In this document: positions 42,859 to 50,916 of the stretch, in pieces
Position numbering within the stretch: position 1 is the stretch's first letter
How the letters are laid out: the number at the start of each line of letters is the position of its first letter
IMG/VR virus record: IMGVR_UViG_3300029197_000003
Source of the DNA: a virus
DNA: 64,000 nt
Strand: one strand, 5' to 3'
Notes under the pieces: generated by a model
The model's database searches: none
Seen by the model: only the letters and a program-made list of their open reading frames with translations
What the model was told of the DNA's origin: nothing
Program-made: the position numbers and the translations under genes

Positions 42859-43758
42859 TTACTTGTTTTTATTCTCCCCTCCAACAAGATTAATATTCGT
42901 AATCTCGATAACGTTCAGAAGGCGCATCGTAAATTCATGCCATTCCTTTTCGAAAGGAGCAACCATCTCTGGCGTGACGTGAATCTTATTCAGCGTACCA
43001 ATGATGTTGACGATAAATCCTTTGACGTTGACAGCCTCAAACATACCTTGGTCGTGCTTCATAAAGAACTCGTACAAGTCAATCCAACAAAGGCCCTTGA
43101 ACACCACATCCTTAATGATGTTGGTTGTATGCGTCAGAGAATCTTTACGCATTCGATAGGTGTAGCCGATGGTGTCAGCATACGCTACCTTGTTCGCAAA
43201 GAACATCATCGGAATAATGGTCGGCGTGTCCTCGATATAACGCCTATCGCTATATGGGACTTTGTTGCAGATTTCCTTGCGGATTATCTTGTTATTCATG
43301 AACACAATGCGCTCACCCCAAAACTTGGCAACCTTGTCGCGGCCTTCCGTTATGCAATTGCCGTAGGACGTGGCATCCCATGAGCCATCCTCTTTGAGGA
43401 TTTTCACGCCGCCGCTGACAATATCCGCGCCTGTAGCATCGGCTCTCGCAAGCAGTCTCTTGACAAAATCAAGGTCAATGTAATCATCGCCATCAAGCGT
43501 CATTACATATTCTGCATTTGCGTAGTCAATGCCGCGTCTGCGCGAAAGGCCAGCGCCAACATTCTCTTCATTCTCCAAGAGAGTAATTCCCTTGATTCTT
43601 CTGAGGATGTCAAGCGTACCGTCTGTTGACTTATCTTCAACGACAATAACCTCACACTTCTCTGTCTGATTCAAGGCGCTTGCAACACTCTGTTCAATAT
43701 CTCTTTCAACATTGTATGCCGTAATAACGATGGCACATCTGTACATTTTTCTATTCAT
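42859..43758 (-). CDS. family-2 glycosyltransferase
   Basis: Motifs are CAIVITAYNVERDIEQSVASALNQT...VIVVEDKSTDGT...TLDGDD (the DxD). No C-terminal TM helices were seen. Confidence 0.8.
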   Translation of the reverse strand: MNRKMYRCAIVITAYNVERDIEQSVASALNQTEKCEVIVVEDKSTDGTLDILRRIKGITLLENEENVGAGLSRRRGIDYANAEYVMTLDGDDYIDLDFVKRLLARADATGADIVSGGVKILKEDGSWDATSYGNCITEGRDKVAKFWGERIVFMNNKIIRKEICNKVPYSDRRYIEDTPTIIPMMFFANKVAYADTIGYTYRMRKDSLTHTTNIIKDVVFKGLCWIDLYEFFMKHDQGMFEAVNVKGFIVNIIGTLNKIHVTPEMVAPFEKEWHEFTMRLLNVIEITNINLVGGENKNK

Positions 43759-43822
43759 ATTTCTTGTATGAGAGGATTAGGCAGGATGCACATCTGTACA
43801 CCCTGTCTAAATGTTAGTTTGG

Positions 43823-45163
43823 CTATGCCAGTTTCAAAAGGTCTTCCAAAGCGGAGACACGCCTTGCCAAAGCAGAGATGTCATTGGCGGTGGCGGCGGT
43901 AATTACTTGATAAGAACCTTCTATTTCTTTTCCCCAATTCAAAATACCATCTTCGTCAACCGAAAGCTCTACATTATTGGCAATTTTTACTCCACTTCCA
44001 ATTGCAACTTTATGTGCAACATCGTGTATAGCGACTAGGCTCGTCCCAAGATTTGTGCCTATTATTGTAGTATCAGAAATATCGACACCTTCTCCAATAG
44101 TAACATTTTTATGAATATCGACACCTTCATAAAAACGGATACCACTAGTAAAACCAGCACGAGTCAAACCAATAGCATCAAAACTCTCGCTATTTTCAAT
44201 TAAGATTTTTTCACCAATTTGCGCACCAGTACCAATAGATACATTACCATAAATATAAGCCTTAGGACGAAGAATCGCATAATTTATGCCATTCAAATCC
44301 GAAAATTGATATCCTCCTCCAACGACATCACTCTCTTTTACAATCTTCACATCCCCAATCTTTCCATCCACCGCATCAAGTTTCACCTTATCAGCAGCAG
44401 ACATAACACCAGCCGTGGTAGAGGTGGCAGGAAGAATACCAAGGTCACTTTCCGTAGTCGCCTCTCGTCCGTTGACAAAGGTAATGGTCTTCTTGAATGA
44501 TACGCCATTATCCTGCGCAAATTCCTCCTGTGCGAATTTCACATTTGCAACGGCGGTGTCTTCAATTTCGCTCTTCTTGGCATAGCTCGTCAAATCCTGC
44601 AAGCCCTGCAAAGCGTCCCAGTTCTTGGTGGCAGCAGGGTCAATGGCAGCACTAAAAGCAGTAACACATACCACGTTCACGCCAGCAGGATAAGCCTTGC
44701 CGTCAATGGTTATGGCATCGGTGATATTCCACACATCGCCAGCCTTTGCAGAAGTGAGAGCCTTCAACTGAGCGGCAGTGCATGAACCCTTAGTTGTGTA
44801 GACACTTCCAAGGGCAGAAACCTTCTGGTCTGCATAGCTCTTGGCAGAAGCGAGAGCGCTGTTAGCCTTCGTAGTCGCGTCTGTGGCGGCAGCACTGACG
44901 GCCTCCGTCTTCTTGGTGTCAGCATAGCTCTTCGCTGATGTCAGCGTGGCAGTGTCCTTGCTGTCAATTTCGCTCTTTGAATAAGTTTTGCCGCTTGCAG
45001 AGGCGATAGATGCTTTCAACTCTTTGTTGATGTCGCTCTGTAATTTATCCTCTTCAAGGTCAACGACCTGTGAGGCTTCAACTGCAACACCGTCACTCGT
45101 GTCTGATTTGATACGAGATGTATACTTGATATAATCGGATGCTACTCCGTATTTTTTTGCCAT
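43823..45163 (-). CDS. tail fibre protein with SAKSYAD repeats and a C-terminal beta-helix-like repeat region
   Basis: TSAKSYADTKKTEAV and ASAKSYADQKVSAL are fibre-type repeats. The C-terminus has hexapeptide-like segments such as IGEGVDISDTTIIGTNLG and KVAIGSGVKIANNVE. Confidence 0.6.
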   Translation of the reverse strand: MAKKYGVASDYIKYTSRIKSDTSDGVAVEASQVVDLEEDKLQSDINKELKASIASASGKTYSKSEIDSKDTATLTSAKSYADTKKTEAVSAAATDATTKANSALASAKSYADQKVSALGSVYTTKGSCTAAQLKALTSAKAGDVWNITDAITIDGKAYPAGVNVVCVTAFSAAIDPAATKNWDALQGLQDLTSYAKKSEIEDTAVANVKFAQEEFAQDNGVSFKKTITFVNGREATTESDLGILPATSTTAGVMSAADKVKLDAVDGKIGDVKIVKESDVVGGGYQFSDLNGINYAILRPKAYIYGNVSIGTGAQIGEKILIENSESFDAIGLTRAGFTSGIRFYEGVDIHKNVTIGEGVDISDTTIIGTNLGTSLVAIHDVAHKVAIGSGVKIANNVELSVDEDGILNWGKEIEGSYQVITAATANDISALARRVSALEDLLKLA

Positions 45164-45174
45164 TTCTCTTTAGA

Positions 45175-45987
45175 TTAATAAAGTTCAACATTATGTACGC
45201 TCACGCCCATCTTTGATGCCATACGATACACTTTGTAAGTGATGCCAGAACCTGTTGCGTCAGCCTGCTTTACAAAGTTGACTGGCAGCGGCCCTTCGCG
45301 ACCAGCGAGGTTATTTGCCAAGTTAGGCGAAACAGTAACATCAGACGGAATCAGAACATAGCCATAGGGCTTTTCTGCCGTGAAGGAGAATTTATACGTG
45401 CCGTTTGAATTGCTCTGCAATTTCGTGCCGTTGACCTGAGCAAGGAACTTGGCCATCTCAGTCGCATCGCTGACAGGTGCTGTCTCGTAGGAGCTGACGC
45501 CAAACAAGATTTGATTATAAGCGTAAACAGTCTTTGATGCAGTTCTTGAAACTCCCTTAACGGTAGCATGTACGTCAAAGAGGGTAGTCGAACTTGCATT
45601 TACAGTGCCAGAATAAACGCCAGTAGACTTCTTCGTAACGGTGACAGAAGCGCCTCCTGCAGTCATCGTTGGCAGTGCATCAGCGTCAACATTCGCACCT
45701 GCAAATGTACAAGTGACGGTCAACGTGAATGCCGTTGATGTACCCTTGACGAATGTTGCGGAAGGTGAAACACTAAACGAAATCTTCGCCTTTGCGTCAT
45801 TCTCCTCCTTAACCTTTCGGTTCACATACTCTGCCTGCGTGTCCGAGATTCCACGGATAACGGCAGAGGCTTCATACACGAGCGCATTTTCGCTCTTGAC
45901 CACGTCAACGCGGCCTTCTGTGCCTGCTGTGTCAGCCTTTGAAGCCGCCACAGAGGCTTTCTCTCTGAATTTGATAAATTTTGCCAT
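45175..45987 (-). CDS. Ig-like/beta-sandwich virion protein candidate
   Basis: 270 aa. ISFSVSPSATFVKGTSTAFTLTVTCTF...VTVTKKSTGVYSGTV is an Ig-like strand pattern. Confidence 0.4.
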   Translation of the reverse strand: MAKFIKFREKASVAASKADTAGTEGRVDVVKSENALVYEASAVIRGISDTQAEYVNRKVKEENDAKAKISFSVSPSATFVKGTSTAFTLTVTCTFAGANVDADALPTMTAGGASVTVTKKSTGVYSGTVNASSTTLFDVHATVKGVSRTASKTVYAYNQILFGVSSYETAPVSDATEMAKFLAQVNGTKLQSNSNGTYKFSFTAEKPYGYVLIPSDVTVSPNLANNLAGREGPLPVNFVKQADATGSGITYKVYRMASKMGVSVHNVELY

Positions 45988-46017
45988 GTTTTTTTATTTT
46001 GTTTTTAACTCATGAGT

Positions 46018-46932
46018 TTATTCGTCTGTTTGATTGAGGTTGAGAAGAAATTTGAGCATCTCAATGTCAGCTGAAGAAACGCCACCGCCGCCCTGTCCGA
46101 TTTGCTTGCGCAATTCATCCACTTGCGACTGAAGCTTCTCCATTTCGATGTTGACAGCCGATAACTCTTCTTCTATCTTATTGAATTTTATGCTGTCCTC
46201 GTAGATGGCCAACTCGTTAGCATCAACGCGCTTCTTCAACTTGGCGCTATCGCTTTGAAGATTGCCCACCTGCATACCAATCAGATTGACGTCTTCCTCT
46301 GTTTTGTCTTGGCGCTTTCTTAGCTCGTTGATGTCGTCGTAAATCTCCATTCTTATAGACGACACCTTTGCGGCATTATCGTCTATTTTCTTTTCAAGGT
46401 AGGCTTTCTCGGATGTTATGCGGTTGTCAAGATTGTCAACATTACCTTTTAATTCAAGGTAGTTGGCGTTGATAAGATTACCGATAGCTGTAGCATTGCC
46501 CTTGATTTGGGCAATCTCTGTATCTGTCGCGTCTGCCCACTGACGGGCGGCGGCTATATGCTGGGTTTCCTCCTTGTCTGTTATGGTGACACTCTGCGCG
46601 TCTGACGCAACGGCAGTAACGACGTTAGGCTCTGCGCCTTCTAAAATGGTGTCAAGCTTTACCTTGTCGGCACCATACATAAGGCCATCTATACCCCTCT
46701 CTGCCATCGGGAGGGTTACACTGCCAGAAGTGATGTCGCTGATATATTTCTTGCCATTGATGTAGATAACACTGGCACCGCCAAATACGGTTTCATTCAG
46801 TACAATACGGCCGTCTGTTGTGAAGCACAATACATGTGCAGGAACAGAGGAAGACATGGCCACATTGAAAGACGTGCCGACATCAACCCTAAACGGTTGT
46901 TCTTCGATATTTCCCCACGCTTCTCTTGTCAT
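46018..46932 (-). CDS. tail fibre / receptor-binding protein C (shared N-terminal module plus coiled coil)
   Basis: Sequence is WGNIEEQPFRVDVGTSF...VLCFTTDGRIVLNETVF. A long heptad-rich C-terminal half follows. Confidence 0.5.
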   Translation of the reverse strand: MTREAWGNIEEQPFRVDVGTSFNVAMSSSVPAHVLCFTTDGRIVLNETVFGGASVIYINGKKYISDITSGSVTLPMAERGIDGLMYGADKVKLDTILEGAEPNVVTAVASDAQSVTITDKEETQHIAAARQWADATDTEIAQIKGNATAIGNLINANYLELKGNVDNLDNRITSEKAYLEKKIDDNAAKVSSIRMEIYDDINELRKRQDKTEEDVNLIGMQVGNLQSDSAKLKKRVDANELAIYEDSIKFNKIEEELSAVNIEMEKLQSQVDELRKQIGQGGGGVSSADIEMLKFLLNLNQTDE

Positions 46933-46935
46933 TGT

Positions 46936-47616
46936 CTATTGTTTTTCTGATGGTTGAATATGAGCATGTCTGTATGCCAATGCCGTCATTACCTGCATTT
47001 GGTCTACGGAAGAGAATACGGCAGCGGCCATTGCTGCATTTGCGTACACAATGGCGCGTCTCAACTTTGGGCATATAGTAATTTTGCCTTCTTTCGCCAC
47101 TGGCTTTTGCACATATTTGAATGATGCGACCTTGGCAGTCTTCGCGCTGCAATAAAACTCCAATACGTTGTTTGGTACATCTATGGCAATTGCTGGGTGT
47201 CTTGGTGTCGCACCAATGCCGCTATATTGGTCTTGAAGACGTTCATAAGCAGGAGTCTCCTGTGCGGTAGGCATTGACACGGCGTAATCCCAGTCGTTCA
47301 TCTTAAACGATACAAGGCGAAGGAAATCACTCGGCAGGGCAACGCTTCCTGCTTGTATGGCGCTACCTTTCTTCTCCTTTCCCCATGATACGATGTAGTC
47401 TTCTCCCTCCTTGACGGCATCATCGCACCCTTCCAACATCTCCAATGGCGCACCTTCTTCAATAGCCGTTGCAGCGTCAACCATTGTGGAGCGTATAATC
47501 TCGTCAAGTGTCAGCGTATCGGTGTCTCCAAGCATGGAAAGAGCCTTGCCGTCCATATTCTGGTCAAGCGCCACTCGTACCTCTTTCACCAAATCGTCAA
47601 TGTTGCAGGTCTCCAT
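46936..47616 (-). CDS. virion structural protein (function unknown)
   Basis: ORF track, 226 aa, between the capsid and fibre genes. Confidence 0.45.
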   Translation of the reverse strand: METCNIDDLVKEVRVALDQNMDGKALSMLGDTDTLTLDEIIRSTMVDAATAIEEGAPLEMLEGCDDAVKEGEDYIVSWGKEKKGSAIQAGSVALPSDFLRLVSFKMNDWDYAVSMPTAQETPAYERLQDQYSGIGATPRHPAIAIDVPNNVLEFYCSAKTAKVASFKYVQKPVAKEGKITICPKLRRAIVYANAAMAAAVFSSVDQMQVMTALAYRHAHIQPSEKQ

Positions 47617-47619
47617 ATC

Positions 47620-48036
47620 TTACTGTTTGTCGTTGTTGTCCTTTTCCTTGTCTTCCGTCAAACCTTTAAAGATTACCTTATGCTCGTAGGCAGTAGACAA
47701 TACCTGTGGAAGGGTTTTCATACTTGAACGCGGAACACCGAAGCGCTCGTTAAGAAATTCCTTGGCTTCGCTCATCGTGTCAACTTGAACAACCTCGGGT
47801 TCTTCGCTTTTTGTTTCCTCTTGTATTTCTTTCGGTTTCTCATCCTCCGTCACACGATTCAAGAAAAACTCCTTGTCATACAGGTAGTGGTGCTCCAAGG
47901 CCCAAATTTCTTCTGGGTCATTGGTGACGAAGTAACTTCCAAGTCCTGTACAGGTATCGAAATTCACATGTCTGTGCCTTCCATCTTCAAAAGTGAGGTC
48001 AAGAGATATAGTACAGGGTGCAATATATTTTTTCAT
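47620..48036 (-). CDS. hypothetical protein
   Basis: ORF track, 138 aa. It is the first gene after the capsid terminator. Confidence 0.5.
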   Translation of the reverse strand: MKKYIAPCTISLDLTFEDGRHRHVNFDTCTGLGSYFVTNDPEEIWALEHHYLYDKEFFLNRVTEDEKPKEIQEETKSEEPEVVQVDTMSEAKEFLNERFGVPRSSMKTLPQVLSTAYEHKVIFKGLTEDKEKDNNDKQ

Positions 48037-48043
48037 GTCATTA

Positions 48044-48088
48044 AAATTAAAAACGCGCCATAAGAAGCAGCCTTTTTCTTATGGCGCG
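48044..48088 (-). terminator. Rho-independent terminator after the capsid gene
   Basis: On the minus strand, CGCGCCATAAGAA-AAAGGCTGC-TTCTTATGGCGCG (48088-48054) is a 13-bp stem followed by TTTTTAATTTT. Confidence 0.65.
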
Positions 48089-48094
48089 GAAAGT

Positions 48095-49537
48095 TTACTT
48101 ATGTGCAAGCTGCACGCGTGCATGTGCCTTTGGATAGCGTAGGTACAAGCAGGAGATTTCCTGCAAAACCGCTGCATCCGTGTTGCGGATTCCTGCCTTC
48201 TTCAAATCAAGGACGTTGCGCTTGAACGAAAGGAAGGTTTTCTTTGTGAGGTATTCGGGGTCAAGCACAAAGCCGCAATCCTTCATCTCGCACTGATTAA
48301 ACAACTCGTGGTGAATGGTGAGGATTTCGCCGAAATCGGTTTCCCATGATTTAAACTTCAAGTTCCATTTCTCAACAGAATCCTTCAGGCGGAATTTCTC
48401 TGACTTAACCTTTGACAGGGTAGCAAGGAGGTCGGAGCCACAGAACATAATCTTGCGGCCGTTACTCAATCCTGTACCTACAAAGATGTCGCGTGAGAAG
48501 TCAACCAAGTCGTCATCGCTAATAACGCAAGCGTTTTCCTTTTCGTCCCAATGGCCAATGGTGTACTTGGGGCAACCCATCCACCAAATACCCTTGGTGA
48601 AGTAACGAGCCATACCGTCTTTTGAGGCATGCTTAATAACATTCTTGTCGCCGAAAAGAATACTCATCTCCTGGGTCACACGCATATCGTAGATAGCGTC
48701 TTCTTCGAGGTCGGTGAAGTTCCAGTCAACTTCCTTATCGCTCATCTTGTCAATCGTAGACTGTTCCACCTGAATCATGTAGTTCTGGCAGTACTGCTCT
48801 TCTGCGGTCGGCAGATTATTGAATCGGCCAGTCTGTACATCCAATTCTCCGCATGACTTCCCCATACGTACAAGAACGGTCTTTGCGTTGATGGCAGGAA
48901 GCCAAATGTTGTTGCTCGTCTCGGTTGAAACCTCACCATTAACGGCAAACACCTGCGGATAACCTTCGCTGTCCTTTCCGCACACGCAAAGGACGAGGTC
49001 GGGCACCACTTCCTTCTTGGCGTCATAGGCGGAACCATTCTCCTTGGTGACAGCAGGAACACCGCAAACGCGAATAGTATCATCAATAGTGAAGATATTT
49101 GGGTCTTCAACCTTGAGTGATACGCGGTCGCCGCCAGTCTGCTTAACTACCGCTTCTTTAAGAAGGGTCTTAGTTGGACGTGTTCCTACGCTGTAGTACT
49201 TGACAATAAATGAATCCGTCTGTTGGGCGCTTGCCTGTCGGCTGATTTGGTCAATCGGCGTTGCCATAGGACGGATTTTGCAAATCTTCTGGTCAATGTC
49301 TTTGACGTAGAAATCGGGGTCTCCGTTCTCTCGTCCGTGCTGCATGGTGGCGGCACCTTCAACATTCATAGGCTTTTCTGGGCTTGCCGTGCCGCTGTCG
49401 GTCTTACCTGCGTCGGGCAAATCGGCGGCGGCAGCCATCATGACATTACCGCCTGCACCCAAGACAAAGCATAATACACTAAGAAGCAGGAAGCCAACAA
49501 ACTTCATTGCTCCTTTAAAACTGATAGTCTGTTTCAT
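48095..49537 (-). CDS. major capsid protein candidate (HK97-fold type) with an unusual hydrophobic N-terminus
   Basis: It follows the scaffold-like gene by 22 nt if it starts at ATG 49537. Alternative ATGs are at 49696 and 49369. Size, position and a strong downstream terminator fit a capsid gene. Confidence 0.55.
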   Translation of the reverse strand: MKQTISFKGAMKFVGFLLLSVLCFVLGAGGNVMMAAAADLPDAGKTDSGTASPEKPMNVEGAATMQHGRENGDPDFYVKDIDQKICKIRPMATPIDQISRQASAQQTDSFIVKYYSVGTRPTKTLLKEAVVKQTGGDRVSLKVEDPNIFTIDDTIRVCGVPAVTKENGSAYDAKKEVVPDLVLCVCGKDSEGYPQVFAVNGEVSTETSNNIWLPAINAKTVLVRMGKSCGELDVQTGRFNNLPTAEEQYCQNYMIQVEQSTIDKMSDKEVDWNFTDLEEDAIYDMRVTQEMSILFGDKNVIKHASKDGMARYFTKGIWWMGCPKYTIGHWDEKENACVISDDDLVDFSRDIFVGTGLSNGRKIMFCGSDLLATLSKVKSEKFRLKDSVEKWNLKFKSWETDFGEILTIHHELFNQCEMKDCGFVLDPEYLTKKTFLSFKRNVLDLKKAGIRNTDAAVLQEISCLYLRYPKAHARVQLAHK

Positions 49538-49559
49538 GTGATTAATAATTGTATTTGGT

Positions 49560-50393
49560 TTATTTGAATTTTGTTCGTTTTTCGTCAGAATCCCAAATGC
49601 TTCCGCGACTGGCGATAGCATCCAGTGCGCCAAGGTCAGGGCTGCTCTGACTTTTAGACGCGCCACGGCTCTTTCCTCCGAGTGAAGGAACACCATCGCT
49701 ATTCTTACTTTTTTTCAACTTCATGTCTATTTTCGCGTTGCGACCTCTGATTTCCCCCGCGTTTCCTGCTTCTTGCACATCCATGTCGTGCGTGATGGAT
49801 TTACGGGCGAGGTCAAGGCTTTCTTCTGTGAACTTACCTACGATAGCATCTGATGCAATCTGAACGATAAACTGAAAGGCTTCATCTACTTGTTCGTCTG
49901 TCAAATTGTTTTTCTTTTGCCAGTCGTCTGCGGCCTGCAAGGAATCGTCAAGGTTCTTCCTATATTCCTCCTCAAGGCTCTTTTCCTTGGCGACACGTTC
50001 AACATATTCTCTGTTCGCCGCTGCCACCTCTTCCTGCTTCTCTGGGTCGTTGGCCATATCGCCGACATCCTTTCCATACAATTTGATGAGCGTGAGGCGA
50101 GGGTCGCCACCATTGGCGAAGTCGGCAAACAGTGCTGCGTTGCGTTCGTCAGCGTTGAACATATTCGTCAACTTTCTTTCGTCTTCGCGGTAGCGGTTCA
50201 ATTCGCTCTCCGTACTGTCGTAGTCGTCAGAAATCTGGCCGAACATAGCCTCTTCATCATCAAAGTTTTTGTCGGGATATTTCTCAGAAAGTCGCTTCTT
50301 GAATGCGTCACGCTTGCTTGGTGTAGGCGTGGCCTCTCCTGCCGATGGAATCTTCACGTTGCCATCACCCGTACTAACTTGTTTATCTGCCAT
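49560..50393 (-). CDS. scaffolding protein candidate
   Basis: 277 aa, highly acidic and helical (DDEEAMFGQISDDYDSTESELNRYREDERKL). It lies directly upstream of the capsid candidate. Confidence 0.55.
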   Translation of the reverse strand: MADKQVSTGDGNVKIPSAGEATPTPSKRDAFKKRLSEKYPDKNFDDEEAMFGQISDDYDSTESELNRYREDERKLTNMFNADERNAALFADFANGGDPRLTLIKLYGKDVGDMANDPEKQEEVAAANREYVERVAKEKSLEEEYRKNLDDSLQAADDWQKKNNLTDEQVDEAFQFIVQIASDAIVGKFTEESLDLARKSITHDMDVQEAGNAGEIRGRNAKIDMKLKKSKNSDGVPSLGGKSRGASKSQSSPDLGALDAIASRGSIWDSDEKRTKFK

Positions 50394-50432
50394 ATAATTA
50401 CTTGTTTAAGTGCTTTGAATTATGCTTTTAAG

Positions 50433-50440
50433 CAAAAGTA
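50433..50440 (-). promoter_or_regulatory. -7 box TACTTTTG for the leftward late operon (scaffold onward)
   Basis: The minus strand has TACTTTTG 40 nt upstream of ATG 50393. TTTG (50459-50456) lies upstream, but the 15-nt spacing is short. Confidence 0.35.
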
Positions 50441-50487
50441 ATTATAGTTAACTGCCAAATTCGCTTATCTTTATAACGGTAATTTAT

Positions 50488-50495
50488 TATCTTTG
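50488..50495 (+). promoter_or_regulatory. -7 box TATCTTTG for the rightward terminase operon
   Basis: An exact TAnnTTTG lies 23 nt upstream of ATG 50518. It is divergent from the 50433 box. Confidence 0.4.
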
Positions 50496-50517
50496 CATTG
50501 TCAAAACATTTTACCGC

Positions 50518-50916
50518 ATGAAGAAAAAGTTTAGTACGATAGAATACGAGGGCGAGAGAGCGAGAGAGGTTATACATGCCTGTCGGGAGACAATGAAAAA
50601 AGTGAAGCATATCAATGTCCTTGACATCTTCGCAGAGGCCGTCAAGCAGCCATCGTCTCGCTACTGGGTAAGCGAGGACCGCGCAATCTATGTGATGCGT
50701 CGGATGCTTCGTGGTGACGACCTGTCTTACATGAGGCAGACGAAGCGAAAAATGTTCTACGAGCTTTTCTGGCGGTTCATCGAATGCAAGAGAAAGCACG
50801 AGGATGCAGGCGTGTGTAATATTGTCCGAAAGATAATATACACGCCTGCATCCTCATTTTTTCTCACATCGGCATCAGCAAAGGCAATATATTATAAGCA
50901 TAAGGATGAAAAATAG
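50518..50916 (+). CDS. hypothetical basic protein, small-terminase candidate by position only
   Basis: 132 aa. It is the first gene of the operon containing terL. It contains a long hairpin at 50800-50855. Confidence 0.45.
   Translation: MKKKFSTIEYEGERAREVIHACRETMKKVKHINVLDIFAEAVKQPSSRYWVSEDRAIYVMRRMLRGDDLSYMRQTKRKMFYELFWRFIECKRKHEDAGVCNIVRKIIYTPASSFFLTSASAKAIYYKHKDEK
50800..50862 (+). terminator. long hairpin plus T-tract inside the 50518 ORF (attenuator, terminator or packaging-site candidate)
   Basis: GAGGATGCAGGCGTGT (50800-50815) pairs perfectly with ACACGCCTGCATCCTC (50840-50855). The stem extends inward to about 23 bp with an 8-nt loop. TTTTTT follows at 50857-50862. Confidence 0.5.

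Noticed and set aside
40809-43758. The GT2 plus small membrane protein interpreted as a GtrA/GtrB-type O-antigen serotype-conversion cassette.
   Set aside because: The GT2 lacks the two C-terminal TM helices of GtrB bactoprenol glucosyltransferases. The membrane protein resembles a holin family rather than GtrA, and no GtrC-like large polytopic transferase is adjacent. A generic envelope-modification hypothesis is kept instead.
46018-48036. Three consecutive minus-strand genes share one reading frame and are separated by a stop plus a single codon (TAA at 47620, TAG at 46936). This hints at readthrough fusion proteins.
   Set aside because: Each downstream gene has its own ATG right after the stop. 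Gene 46018-46932 begins with the fibre N-terminal module, which is N-terminal in its two paralogs. Sharing a frame has a 1-in-9 chance for two junctions.
50428-50799. A minus-strand 123-aa ORF competing with the plus-strand ORF 50518-50916.
   Set aside because: Its translation has an unnatural composition (His/Cys/Leu-rich, no motifs). It would run into the divergent promoter region. The plus-strand ORF has a -7 box, a proper ATG and a protein-like sequence.
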